From: a virus
Lineage: Duplodnaviria > Caudoviricetes
Virus record (IMG/VR): IMGVR_UViG_3300037834_000030
Coordinates: 1 to 26,082 of that record
Strand: one strand, 5' to 3'
DNA: 26,082 nucleotides
Each line of letters begins with the position of its first letter. Position 1 is the first letter of the stretch. The notes under the pieces are model-generated. The model was not told the DNA's origin. It saw only the letters and a list, made by a program, of their open reading frames with translations, and made no database searches. Of the stretch, positions 16,162 to 25,450 are shown piece after piece. A program made the position numbers and the translations under genes.

Positions 16162-16748
16162 GCCTTGCCCCTGCCGTCGAAGACCTTCTGGACGAGGGGC
16201 AGCTTGCCCGTCTCGACCTTATCCGCTTTGACCTTCCGGGCAGGACGGTCGGGTATCACCGCGGCGGCCGCCCGTATGCCCACAACGGCCTCGTCTACCT
16301 GCCGAATCGCTGGCTCGACATGGGCGACATGAGCCAGGCGCTCGGGGTGGCGGTGACGACGCGCACGATCCGATTTTCCAATGTGCCGACGGACAATCCG
16401 GACGATGCGATCGCCGCGATCGAGAGCTACAACTACATCAATGCGCCGGTGATCATCACCCATCTCGCCGGCGATCCTGAGACGGATGAAGTCGTCGGCA
16501 TCCTTGCCTCCTCGATCTATGAGATCGACCAGGTGCGGTACGTCAAGGGTGCGGTCAACGATGCGGGCGAACGCTCGGTGACGCTGGAGATCGACCTGCA
16601 ACCTCCCGGCCGCTCCGCTCGAGGCGCTACCCACGTCAAGCGCTCGCTCGCCGAGCAGCAGTTCGACAACGACCCGACGGACACCTTCTTTGAGTACGCC
16701 TCAACCGTCGCGACCGTCCCGGAAGAGTGGGGGCAGCGCAGTGGCTAG
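16158..16748 (+). CDS. Tail tip/hub protein (gpL/DUF2163-like)
   Basis: ATGA coupling; C-terminal RS.AEQQ...PTDTFFEY...WG; synteny. Confidence 0.65.
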   Translation: MSLAPAVEDLLDEGQLARLDLIRFDLPGRTVGYHRGGRPYAHNGLVYLPNRWLDMGDMSQALGVAVTTRTIRFSNVPTDNPDDAIAAIESYNYINAPVIITHLAGDPETDEVVGILASSIYEIDQVRYVKGAVNDAGERSVTLEIDLQPPGRSARGATHVKRSLAEQQFDNDPTDTFFEYASTVATVPEEWGQRSG

Positions 16749-17145
16749 CCGCTTCGAAATCGTTTCGGCGGCAATCGACGTCGAGATGGCAAAACCCTAC
16801 GCGCACTGGCCGCATGCCGACTGCTTCTTCTTCGGTTGCCGCGTGGCGGATGCACTCGATCCCTTGCTCGGTCTGGAGCGTGCCTACTCTGGCACCTACC
16901 GCACGCTGCTCGGTGCACAGAAAGCCCTGCGGAAGCGCGGGTTCAAGTCGCTCACCGAACTCTTTGCCGCACACCTGGCGCCCTGCGCCCCGGCCGAAGC
17001 GCGTATCGGCGATATCGGCATCGTCCATCTCGCCGATGGCGATCACGTCTCCGTCTGCGTCGGCATGCGGTTCCTGACCAAGACCGCTCGCGGCAGGTCG
17101 TTCCATGACCTTGCCGATTGCACCGCGGCATTCCGCGTCGGCTAG
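16741..17145 (+). CDS. NlpC/P60-like tail assembly protein (DUF6950-like)
   Basis: PYAHWPHADCFFF (Cys), ARIGDIG, DH (His); gpK position; GTG start. Confidence 0.75.
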   Translation: MASRFEIVSAAIDVEMAKPYAHWPHADCFFFGCRVADALDPLLGLERAYSGTYRTLLGAQKALRKRGFKSLTELFAAHLAPCAPAEARIGDIGIVHLADGDHVSVCVGMRFLTKTARGRSFHDLADCTAAFRVG

Positions 17146-17161
17146 CTCCGGATAAGTATTC

Positions 17162-20146
17162 ATGGCGATTTTCACCGCGATCGGCACGGCGGTTGCCGGA
17201 GCGTTGTTTGCCGGCTCGGCGATTGCTGCAACGCTCATTGCTGGTGCGCTGGCGTATGGCACCAGCGTGCTGCTCGGTTATCTCACCAGGCCAAAGGCGC
17301 GCACCTACTCAGCTGTTCAGGGCGAGGTGCAGTACGGCGCGGACGTCCCCGCTTGCTCTGTCTACGGCATGAGCAAGCTCAAGGGACACCGGGTCTTCTA
17401 TGCCAAGTGGGGCAGCGGCAACAAGTTCAACGCCGATGTCTTCGCCCTCGCCAACGGGTGGTGCGACGGCCTCGAGCCTTACGTCTATTTCTACGGCCAG
17501 CAATACGCGCTTGTGGCGCGTCCAATCATCGGGAACGAAGCAGCGCACTACGGCATCTCCGGTTTCGACGATCGTGTCTCGATCCGCTTCTATGACGGAC
17601 GGCCGGGGCAGGGACCTGACATGAAGCTCGTGGCCGATACGGCCGGCCTCGGGCAGTCTTGGAAGGCGACCTCGCGCGGTTCCGGCATCTGCTATGTCGT
17701 CATCGAGCGGCGCTACAATGCTGACCTCTTCAACAAGGGGCGGCCTGAATTCGAGTTCGTCCTGAGGGGGCTGCGCGAGTACGATCCGCGCAAGGATTCG
17801 ACCGTCGCCGGCGGCTCTGGGCCGCAGCGGCTCAACACTCCCGCGACTTGGGTCTTCACCCGCAATCCCGCCGTTCATCGGCTCAACTTCCAGCTCGGGA
17901 TTCGCGGGCTGGTGTCAGGGCGCACGTTGATTGGCGAGGGCAAGAGCCTCGGTCAACTCGACCTTGCCTCATACTTCGCGGCCATGAACGTCTGCGACAC
18001 GGTGCGGGCAGGCAAGCCGACTTATATGGCCGAACTCTTCGTCACCGGCGAGGACGACCACACCGAAATCCTGAAAGAATTCGACGATGCGATGGCCGGG
18101 TACGCCCTCAACCGGCGTGGTCTCTCCGGCGTCATCCCTGGGGCGCCACAGATCCCGGTTGTCGCAATTGGTCCCGCCGATACCCCGATCAAGCGCCCGC
18201 AGGAAAAGCAGCACCGCAAGTCGGCATTCGATCTCTACAACCACATCTCCGGCCAGTTCATTTCGCCCGAAAGCAATTGGAATCCTGAAAGCCTCAACAC
18301 GGTCTACGTCAACGCCGACGTCGCGGCCGACGGGCGCGTCCGGCAGACATCGAACGACTTTCTGCAAGTCGTAGACGCCGACATAGCGCAGTACCTGCTC
18401 GACATCCGCTACAGGCAGAACCGCAAGGGCGGATCGGTGAAGTTGCCGGTCTCGCGACGGGTCGGTTTCCGGGTGATGGAGGGTGACTGGGTCACCTTCG
18501 ACGGACTGGCTTGGCTGGTAACCGGCTGGCGGTGCGATGCCCAGTTCCGATGCACGCTGACGCTCGCCGAGACGGGTGCCGACGTCTATTCGGACGAGGG
18601 GATCGAACCGGGGCCGATCGTGGTTCCGAAGCCGCCGCCGGTCAACCCGAGCCTGCTCTCGACCGTCCAGAACTTCAACGTCGAAGTCGGATATATCGCC
18701 GACGCCAACGGCAAGCAGGTGCCGGCGCTTCAGTTCACATGGACGCCCCCGGAAGACCCCACCATCACGCAGGTGCGGTTTTTCTACTTCGTCGGCGTCG
18801 ATCCCGCCGGCCAGACGGTCTACGAGGATGCGACCTCGGACGCCGAGGCGGGTATCTATACGACCACCAAGAACGTCATCCAGGGCGTGTTCTATACGGC
18901 CAGGGCGACCATCACCACGGTGCCGGACAGGTTCAAGTCGTTTACCCCGTGGGTGACCACTGAGCAGACGACAGGCCCCTTCAATGCCTATGGCGATATC
19001 GACCTCGACCAGCTCAATGAGAGCACGCAGGCCCTTCTTCGCTTCATCGGCGAGGACCTTCGCGAGGTCAAACGCCAGGCACAGGAGCTGGCGACGGCAG
19101 CGGCGGGCGAGACGCTGGCGAACTACAGTCAGCACCAGCAACTCCGTCGCGAAGTTGCTTTGACCGCCGATGGGATCACGGCCTCCTATGCCGAGGCTAT
19201 TACCGTCGCCGTCGGGCCGGGGTCCGCAATCGTCAGCCGCATCGAAGACCTCGAGGTCACGGTCGAGGAGGACATCGCCTCGGCGGTCGACCTGTTGCAG
19301 GTGCAGATCGACACGATCGACGGGGAGCTGACGGCTGTCGCCGATGCCATTACCGCGCTCGACGTGACGGTCGGCAACTTCTCGGCAAGTGGTCGTTTCC
19401 GCGTGCAGGTCGTGGCGACGGAAAGTGGAGCCCTCTCGACGATCGGGATTAGTACCGCCTCGTCAGAAGGTAGGGCGACTGCGCAGTCCGCACTGTTTCT
19501 CAGCTCGATCGCGGGCGGCAATAGCAGCGTTTCGGTTCTCGCTGACCTCTTCTATGCGAGCAACGGGGTTAACAAGGACACCCCATTCATCTTCGACGGG
19601 ACGTCGCTGCGCATTTCGGACTTAAAGGTGGCTACCGCCTCGATGCGCGATCTTTCGGTCACGGCCGCCAAGATCGATAATCTTGCGGTGACCTCGGCCA
19701 AGATTGCATCGGCAGCGATCACCACTGCCAAAATCGGCGACCTGCAGGTCAACACCCTCAAAATCGCCGATGGAGCTGTCACCACGATGGCTGCGGACAA
19801 TCGCGGCAATGTGTCGGTCGCCAGCGCAATACCGCAGAGTGCTCAGGTGATCGTCCCAAACTACAGCACAGGGCCTGTGACCATCATCTTCACGGGCACC
19901 ATCCCCGATCCTCGGGACGGTGGCGGTGGCGGCTGGTACCAGCTCGCCATCTATCGCAATGGCGTAGAGATATATCGAGATCGCCGCAACCCGAACGTGA
20001 ACTTCGCGCCAAACTTCGCCGGCACCCTCGCAGAGGCACCGCCGCTCGCCGGCAACATCACCTACACCGCGACCTTTTCGACGAACTTCCTCGACGGCAC
20101 GACCGTCGAGCGCTTCTCGATCACCGTGCTCAACGCCAGAAAGTGA
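17162..20146 (+). CDS. Tail tip/central fibre (host-specificity J-like) protein
   Basis: Hydrophobic N-terminus, YDPRKDST..GSG.QR..P.TW, NPA, FnIII-like middle, coiled coil, and repeated 10-aa VT.AKI units near the C-terminus. Confidence 0.88.
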   Translation: MAIFTAIGTAVAGALFAGSAIAATLIAGALAYGTSVLLGYLTRPKARTYSAVQGEVQYGADVPACSVYGMSKLKGHRVFYAKWGSGNKFNADVFALANGWCDGLEPYVYFYGQQYALVARPIIGNEAAHYGISGFDDRVSIRFYDGRPGQGPDMKLVADTAGLGQSWKATSRGSGICYVVIERRYNADLFNKGRPEFEFVLRGLREYDPRKDSTVAGGSGPQRLNTPATWVFTRNPAVHRLNFQLGIRGLVSGRTLIGEGKSLGQLDLASYFAAMNVCDTVRAGKPTYMAELFVTGEDDHTEILKEFDDAMAGYALNRRGLSGVIPGAPQIPVVAIGPADTPIKRPQEKQHRKSAFDLYNHISGQFISPESNWNPESLNTVYVNADVAADGRVRQTSNDFLQVVDADIAQYLLDIRYRQNRKGGSVKLPVSRRVGFRVMEGDWVTFDGLAWLVTGWRCDAQFRCTLTLAETGADVYSDEGIEPGPIVVPKPPPVNPSLLSTVQNFNVEVGYIADANGKQVPALQFTWTPPEDPTITQVRFFYFVGVDPAGQTVYEDATSDAEAGIYTTTKNVIQGVFYTARATITTVPDRFKSFTPWVTTEQTTGPFNAYGDIDLDQLNESTQALLRFIGEDLREVKRQAQELATAAAGETLANYSQHQQLRREVALTADGITASYAEAITVAVGPGSAIVSRIEDLEVTVEEDIASAVDLLQVQIDTIDGELTAVADAITALDVTVGNFSASGRFRVQVVATESGALSTIGISTASSEGRATAQSALFLSSIAGGNSSVSVLADLFYASNGVNKDTPFIFDGTSLRISDLKVATASMRDLSVTAAKIDNLAVTSAKIASAAITTAKIGDLQVNTLKIADGAVTTMAADNRGNVSVASAIPQSAQVIVPNYSTGPVTIIFTGTIPDPRDGGGGGWYQLAIYRNGVEIYRDRRNPNVNFAPNFAGTLAEAPPLAGNITYTATFSTNFLDGTTVERFSITVLNARK

Positions 20147-20152
20147 CCCCCG

Positions 20153-20386
20153 ATGTTCTTCTTCACGATCTTCGACCCCGACACGCGCGAAGTCCTTTCT
20201 CACAAAACCTGCTCTCACGTCGATCAGGTCCTGGCGAACATCCCTGCCGGGCTGGACGCTGCTATCGGCCACCTCGATCGCGGAGAGCCAGTGCCTCTCG
20301 ACGTTGCCCCCATCACGGACGCAATTGGCAGTCCTGCCCTCGACCTCACCGCATCGGGCGAGGATGCGCCCGCCGAACAGGAGTAG
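20153..20386 (+). CDS. Hypothetical 77-aa protein, tail region
   Basis: Fills the gap after the J-like gene, co-directional. Confidence 0.65.
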   Translation: MFFFTIFDPDTREVLSHKTCSHVDQVLANIPAGLDAAIGHLDRGEPVPLDVAPITDAIGSPALDLTASGEDAPAEQE

Positions 20387-20392
20387 ATATTC

Positions 20393-20650
20393 ATGTCCGA
20401 AGTCGAAACCCAATCGGTGCAAGTAGACCCACTTGCGTCGGCCGCTCACTACAAGAAAGCCGCCGACTTCTGGGAAAATCAGGCGCACCTGTTGCAGAAC
20501 GCCGTGCTCGTCCAGAAGCGGGAGATCGCGGGGCTGAAGGAAAAGCTTGAGCACCGCGACGCCGAGATTGCGCGGCTCGACAAGGATCGTGCGCCCACCG
20601 ATGGTGCCGGAGCAAGCCCGGCCCGCCCCAAGGGTGGCAAGTCGAACTAG
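20393..20650 (+). CDS. Hypothetical 85-aa coiled-coil protein
   Basis: SD AGGAG; heptad-like segment; followed by a terminator. Confidence 0.75.
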   Translation: MSEVETQSVQVDPLASAAHYKKAADFWENQAHLLQNAVLVQKREIAGLKEKLEHRDAEIARLDKDRAPTDGAGASPARPKGGKSN

Positions 20651-20675
20651 CCCACCGGTCAGCCGACCGCACCCC

Positions 20676-20700
20676 AGCCGCCTCCGGGCGGTTTTTTATT
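20676..20700 (+). terminator. Rho-independent terminator inside the late operon
   Basis: AGCCGCC-tccg-GGCGGTT followed by TTTTATT. Confidence 0.8.
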
Positions 20701-20718
20701 GCCCATAGGACGCTGCCC

Positions 20719-23001
20719 ATGGCCTACAAGCCCGATACTGTTACCGGCACGATCACGCTGACTGAAGGCGAGGCCGCCTTTACGACCATTGGCACCAACA
20801 TGCTGACTCGTGCCCATCAGCCGGGCGACTCGATCATGCGCAACGGTCTTGTGCTCGTCATCGAAACGATAGACGGCGAGAACGCCGGCACGCTGAGGGA
20901 CCCGTGTCCCGCCGCTGCTGCCGGCATCGATGTCCCCGTTCGCATCCGCTATCAGCCGGACGGGTCGCGGGTGATGGCGCAAGCGACCAACCTTGTTGAA
21001 ACGCTCGGCGCCAGCGGCAACCTCGAGGCGTTCGCGCAGATTGAGGGTGCGATCGACCTCATCCCGATATTTACCGGTCCTGGTGTTCTTGGGACGATCA
21101 ACAAGGCAGACCTCACCTCGGGCGTTGAGGTCGATGAGAAGATTGAGACTCTGCCGGAAAGAGCCGCGTTCGATGGCAAGGCCGCCGGGTTCACCGTACA
21201 GGTCAATAACATTGGCGATGGCCGCAGTGCGGTCTACTTCAAGAAGAGTAACGCCAACGCCGACTGGTCGATTCCATCGTACTTGACTGGTCCTGTGGGG
21301 CCACTCCCGATCGTAGCGGTCGGTTCGACCACGACGCTGGCACCTGGTCAACCTGCCACTGTCACGCCGACGGCCATCCCAGGCGGTGTCGAACTCGATT
21401 TCGGCGTTCCGGCGGGCGCGGGCTTCTATTGGGAACATGCCTATGATCCGGGCTCGGCATATACCAAGGATGCCGTGGTGCGCTTCAATGGCAGCACCTT
21501 TATCGCTGCACAGGCCGTGCCCGTGGGACAGGCTCCTTCCGGAGCCTTCCCTCCGGCGGACAATGCCTATTGGGAGGTGGTGGCGAGCAAAGGGCAGGAT
21601 GGCACCGGCACGGGCGATATTGTCGGCCCGGCCACGTCAGTTTCCGGGGAGATACTCGTTGCCGGCAACACGACAGGGAAGTTGCTCGGGAACTCGGGCC
21701 TCAGGCTCATCGACCTGCCCCAGGCGCTGCATGTCGACCGCTACGTCGACAACCAGCAGTATCTCTGGCCATTCTTCCAGAAGCTACTCGACCTCCAGCC
21801 AGCGACACTTGTGGTAAACGGTGACAGTACGACCGCGGGACATGGCGTCACGGGCCGGCACCGGCCTGAAGCAATCCTGCGGAGCTTTGCCGACGAGAAC
21901 AACGTCCGCGGCCTCACCATCACAAACACGGCTGTTTCTGGAGCCGACGCGGGGGATTGGGAGGCGTCAAATGTCGCCACCGACATGGCGCTCGACCCCG
22001 ACATATACATTAGTCACTTCGGCGGGATTAACGATGCCTATGACAGCCCCGCCGTCTACAGGACCCGTATTCGAAACGCGATGGACGCCGCCCGCAGTCA
22101 TGCCAACGGAGGTGTCGGCGACTGCGGCATGATGTTCATGACCTCGAATACGATCGATGAGGGAGGTGGGTCCCCTCGAACCAGCCTTTACCTTGAAGAA
22201 ATCTCACCCATGATCAGGGAGGCCTGCGCCGAATACCACTTCGTCTGGTTCGATACCTTCCAGATGTGGCGGGACGCCATCACGGGCCGAGGGTTTTGGT
22301 TGGACGACCCCTTTACGGTGCATCCCGATAAGGTATTCAACGCTTTGATCTGGGGAGCGGCCGCCGACATCATCATGCCGCGCGGCATCGTTCGTTATCT
22401 GAAGAACATAACAGGCGGTTTGACGACGGTATCAGTCTCCGACTTGCCTTCGACGTTTGTGCCTGGAAACAACCTCTTCAGGACAACAAGCATGCCCAGG
22501 AATGGGCAGGTGGAGGTGACGAAGCACGCCGACCTTGCTTCCTACCAGCTCAACTGGGGCTACTTCGACAACAAGTCCAGCCTGTTCCTGCGGACCGCGC
22601 GGGTGGACGGGGTAAATGACTCCTGGAACCCGTGGCTTCCGCTCTCGACCGCAGAGGTGGCGCCGGTGGTAGCGTCGGGTTTCACGCCATTCGCCCTGCC
22701 CAACCAACCGCGCGTTATCCGCCAGCTCGACGAGGTTCTGTGCGCAGGCGCCTACGCGAAAACATCAGCAGGGGTCTTGGCAAACACCACGACCATCTGC
22801 ACGTTCCCGGCGAACTATCGACCGTCTGGGGGGTATCAAGCCTGCTCGATCATCGTGTTCCATACGGGAACCTCGTTCGCCGAGGTCCTTCCGGGGCAAG
22901 TTCTCGCCGATGGAACCCTGAGAAACCTCAAGGCATCTTCCGCGAATGTCGACACTATCTTCGTCGACGCCGTTCGCTTTCAAGCCGCGCCTTGGATCTG
23001 A
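20719..23001 (+). CDS. Tail fibre/spike with CBM-like module and SGNH/GDSL esterase domain
   Basis: Fibre anchor N-terminus; AY..DAVVRFNGSTF...YW module; SGNH blocks VNGDS (GDS at 21820-21828), AVSG, GIND and DDPFTVHP; C-terminal SWNPW and FPANYRP fibre-like motifs. Confidence 0.82.
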   Translation: MAYKPDTVTGTITLTEGEAAFTTIGTNMLTRAHQPGDSIMRNGLVLVIETIDGENAGTLRDPCPAAAAGIDVPVRIRYQPDGSRVMAQATNLVETLGASGNLEAFAQIEGAIDLIPIFTGPGVLGTINKADLTSGVEVDEKIETLPERAAFDGKAAGFTVQVNNIGDGRSAVYFKKSNANADWSIPSYLTGPVGPLPIVAVGSTTTLAPGQPATVTPTAIPGGVELDFGVPAGAGFYWEHAYDPGSAYTKDAVVRFNGSTFIAAQAVPVGQAPSGAFPPADNAYWEVVASKGQDGTGTGDIVGPATSVSGEILVAGNTTGKLLGNSGLRLIDLPQALHVDRYVDNQQYLWPFFQKLLDLQPATLVVNGDSTTAGHGVTGRHRPEAILRSFADENNVRGLTITNTAVSGADAGDWEASNVATDMALDPDIYISHFGGINDAYDSPAVYRTRIRNAMDAARSHANGGVGDCGMMFMTSNTIDEGGGSPRTSLYLEEISPMIREACAEYHFVWFDTFQMWRDAITGRGFWLDDPFTVHPDKVFNALIWGAAADIIMPRGIVRYLKNITGGLTTVSVSDLPSTFVPGNNLFRTTSMPRNGQVEVTKHADLASYQLNWGYFDNKSSLFLRTARVDGVNDSWNPWLPLSTAEVAPVVASGFTPFALPNQPRVIRQLDEVLCAGAYAKTSAGVLANTTTICTFPANYRPSGGYQACSIIVFHTGTSFAEVLPGQVLADGTLRNLKASSANVDTIFVDAVRFQAAPWI

Positions 23002-23033
23002 CGGGACGGATGGCCGAGGGGGCGTTGGGAGCG

Positions 23034-23288
23034 CTAGTACGCCGGGTCGCTGAGTACCGTGTCCATGCAGCGGGAGCAGCTCGGATCAGGGAGGATGCCC
23101 CGCGTGCGTGCAAACGGGTCCGGTTTGGGGACCTGCGTGGTGACCGTCCTCGTCGTTACGGCTCCAGTTTGGGCGTCTATATAGACAACCTGCTGCTCAA
23201 CCGGTGGCTGGGCTGGGGTGCTACTCAAACACCCGGCTAGCGAAGCGGCGGCAACGAGTGCCGCGACAATAGAGGCGACAGATTTCAT
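23034..23288 (-). CDS. Small lipoprotein (moron)
   Basis: MKSVASIVAALVAAASLAG-C: signal peptide II with LAGC lipobox. Confidence 0.8.
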   Translation of the reverse strand: MKSVASIVAALVAAASLAGCLSSTPAQPPVEQQVVYIDAQTGAVTTRTVTTQVPKPDPFARTRGILPDPSCSRCMDTVLSDPAY

Positions 23289-23294
23289 GTCCGA

Positions 23295-23338
23295 GTTCCC
23301 AATCTAGTCGATGACTTATATCGACTAGATTGAGGAAC
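23295..23338. repeat. Inverted repeat (13 bp perfect, 18 bp with one bulge)
   Basis: CAATCTAGTCGAT (23300-23312) / ATCGACTAGATTG (23320-23332), extended by GTTCC/GGAAC. Confidence 0.85.
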
Positions 23339-23469
23339 ACAAGCGACGGGCTGCCAGGGAGTTGCGGCTCCCCGGCCCAACAAGCGTGTTGGGGCCAATC
23401 TGCTTGCTGGCGTGACCTCTCAGTCACCAGACCCGCCGCCTTTGCAGGCGCGCCGATCATAGCACCGGC

Positions 23470-23619
23470 TCAGGTGGTCAGCACGTAGATCAATCTTACT
23501 GCAAGCCACCATAGGGCGAGGCAGATGGCCACGAGCATCAGCCAGAGCTCAAGGAAGGTGACGCACCGGCGGCCGAGCCGCTGCTTAAACTCTTCCGGCC
23601 AAAGCCCCATCGCGTTCAT
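23470..23619 (-). CDS. 49-aa single-pass membrane peptide (absent from the ORF track)
   Basis: MNAMGLWPEEFKQRLGRRCVTFLELWLMLVAICLALWWLAVRLIYVLTT; AGGGG upstream; basic patch followed by a hydrophobic helix. Confidence 0.55.
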   Translation of the reverse strand: MNAMGLWPEEFKQRLGRRCVTFLELWLMLVAICLALWWLAVRLIYVLTT

Positions 23620-23674
23620 GCCCCTACGCAGATGTCCGTAGGTCTAGCGGATAAGGCTTAAGCCTTTCAATGCC

Positions 23675-23696
23675 GCCGCCCGCCGGGTGGCTTTCT
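23675..23696 (+). terminator. Possible weak terminator before the lysis cassette
   Basis: GCCGCCC-gcc-GGGTGGC followed by TTTCT. Confidence 0.45.
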
Positions 23697-23720
23697 CATC
23701 ATCATCGATAGGAGATCATC

Positions 23721-24464
23721 ATGGCTCTTCGCAAAGCCACGACGCTTGGCGTCGTGCACGTCACCGCAACGCCTGCCGGCCGGGATATCGGGGCCAAGGA
23801 AATCGACGCGATGCACCGAGCGCTTGGCTGGAGCGCTATCGGCTACAACCGCGTCATCCGGATCGACGGGCGGCGCGAGATGGGGCGCGGCTACGACGAG
23901 ATCGGCGCCGGCGTTGCCGGCTTCAACTCGACGACAATCCATGTGGTGCTGGTCGGTGGCCTCGGGGCCAGCGGCAAGCCCGAGAACACGGCGACGCAGT
24001 CACAGATGGATGCGCTTCTGGTCGAGGCGCGCGAGATCGAGCAGCGCTACGCTGGCATCGCCTTTTGCGGGCACCGCGACCTTTCGCCGGACCGCAACGG
24101 CAACGGCATCATCGAGCCGGCCGAGTACATCAAGGCCTGTCCGTGCTTTGACGTGATCCCCTGGGCATCGGGCAAGGGTCTCAAGCCTGCCGATATCAAG
24201 GGCACCTGGGGCGAGGTCTACGACGTGCCGACGGTCGATGGCGGCGTGACGAAGGTCACGGGTCCCGACGCCCGCACGGTCTACCTGCAGAAGCTTCTCG
24301 CCCGCACCGGCCTGGCGTTCGGGCCGATCGACGGCATCATCGGGCCGAAGACCGCTGCGGCGATCAAGCTCTACCAGGAGTGGAATGACCTGCCGCAGAC
24401 CGGCGCCTTCGACGAAGCGACGGTCAAGCTCCTGCGCGGCACGTTCGAGAAGGCGGCGGCCTGA
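23721..24464 (+). CDS. Endolysin: N-acetylmuramoyl-L-alanine amidase (Amidase_2/T7 lysozyme-like) with C-terminal peptidoglycan-binding domain
   Basis: VVHVTAT, IGY, GHRDLS, KACPCFDV (Zn ligands H/H/C); C-terminal LQKLL..G..GPIDGIIGPKTAAAIKLYQ..L..TG..D..T. Confidence 0.93.
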   Translation: MALRKATTLGVVHVTATPAGRDIGAKEIDAMHRALGWSAIGYNRVIRIDGRREMGRGYDEIGAGVAGFNSTTIHVVLVGGLGASGKPENTATQSQMDALLVEAREIEQRYAGIAFCGHRDLSPDRNGNGIIEPAEYIKACPCFDVIPWASGKGLKPADIKGTWGEVYDVPTVDGGVTKVTGPDARTVYLQKLLARTGLAFGPIDGIIGPKTAAAIKLYQEWNDLPQTGAFDEATVKLLRGTFEKAAA

Positions 24465-24892
24465 TGCTGGGCTTCCTCTCGCGCATCTCGCCGGTGGCCG
24501 TGCTGATCCTCGGCGCGGCGCCGGCGGCGGTGGGCGGCTGGCTGGCGCGCGGCGTGGTGGTCGACCGCATCGAGATCCCTCGCGTCGTCACCCAGCAGGT
24601 CGAGCTCTGCACCTCGCGAACCGAGGCGACCGCTGCGGCGGCCCGTGCCGAGGAGCAGCTTCGCCGGTTCCGTGCGGGTGAGCTCGCGACCGAGCAGTTC
24701 ATCCGCGAAAGCCAGTCCGCCGAGGATGACCGGCAGGCGCGCATCGACGTCCTCGAAATGGAGATTGAACACTATGCGCAACGTCTTGCGGGTCGCGGCG
24801 AGGGCGAGCGTGCCGCTTGCGGCCTTACTGCTGACGATCTCGACTTTATCGGCGTGCAGCGGCTCGGCGCGGCTGACGGCAGCGGGAGCTGA
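24464..24892 (+). CDS. Inner-membrane spanin (Rz-like)
   Basis: One N-terminal TM helix, periplasmic coiled coil, C-terminal Cys; follows the endolysin. Confidence 0.75.
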   Translation: MLGFLSRISPVAVLILGAAPAAVGGWLARGVVVDRIEIPRVVTQQVELCTSRTEATAAAARAEEQLRRFRAGELATEQFIRESQSAEDDRQARIDVLEMEIEHYAQRLAGRGEGERAACGLTADDLDFIGVQRLGAADGSGS

Positions 24893-25100
24893 CCTCGGCC
24901 GGGCGCGAGCCGAGGTCGTGATGCCGCCGCTGCCGGCCGAGTGCCGGCGCCAGATCGCACACGCAGCGGCGCGGATCGGCGACAACGCCGTGATCGTGTT
25001 GCGCCTCGAGCGCGGGCAGGTCGACCTCGCAAACGACATCATCGCGCGCTGCGCGCGGTTCTACAGCAACGTCAAGGCTGGGCTGGAAGGGGCCGACTGA
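24774..25100 (+). CDS. Outer-membrane lipoprotein spanin (Rz1-like)
   Basis: SD GGAG; MRNVLRVAAR...LLLTISTLSA-C lipobox; MPPLPAEC; starts inside the i-spanin gene in another frame. Confidence 0.78.
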   Translation: MRNVLRVAARASVPLAALLLTISTLSACSGSARLTAAGADLGRARAEVVMPPLPAECRRQIAHAAARIGDNAVIVLRLERGQVDLANDIIARCARFYSNVKAGLEGAD

Positions 25101-25450
25101 TGGACATGAACTTCTCCTGGCTGTTTTCACCGGCAGCCAAGCTCGCGCTCGCCGGTGCGCTGGGCGGCGTGGTGCGATGGCTGACGCTCAAGCAACCGCC
25201 GCTCGATGGCCTCATCAGCGTCATCGTCGGGGCGATCTGCGCCGTCTACCTCGGGCCCAGCATCATGCCGATCCTGCGGCCGGTGATCGATCTCACCGGC
25301 GTCGACGCTGAATCGGCCATCGGGCTCGGCGGCTTCCTCATCGGCATCGGCGGCATTCTCGTCTCGGGGTTCTTCATCGATCTCTGGCAGCTTCGCCGCC
25401 GCCTGCTGAAGCAGCCGCCGCAGGGAGGGCAGGGCGATGGCCAGGCATAG
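25100..25450 (+). CDS. Putative holin (about 3 TM helices)
   Basis: TGATG coupling; ALAGALGGVVRWL, IVGAICAVYLGP, GFLIGIGGILVSGF; basic C-terminal tail. Confidence 0.72.
   Translation: MDMNFSWLFSPAAKLALAGALGGVVRWLTLKQPPLDGLISVIVGAICAVYLGPSIMPILRPVIDLTGVDAESAIGLGGFLIGIGGILVSGFFIDLWQLRRRLLKQPPQGGQGDGQA

Noticed and set aside
4882-20146. Gene transfer agent cluster
   Set aside because: Linked helicase/primase, HNH with a cos-type terminase, a 553-aa tape measure and morons fit a genuine temperate phage better.
17162-23001. Diversity-generating retroelement or invertible tail-fibre cassette
   Set aside because: No reverse transcriptase, invertase or TR/VR repeat pair seen in the window.
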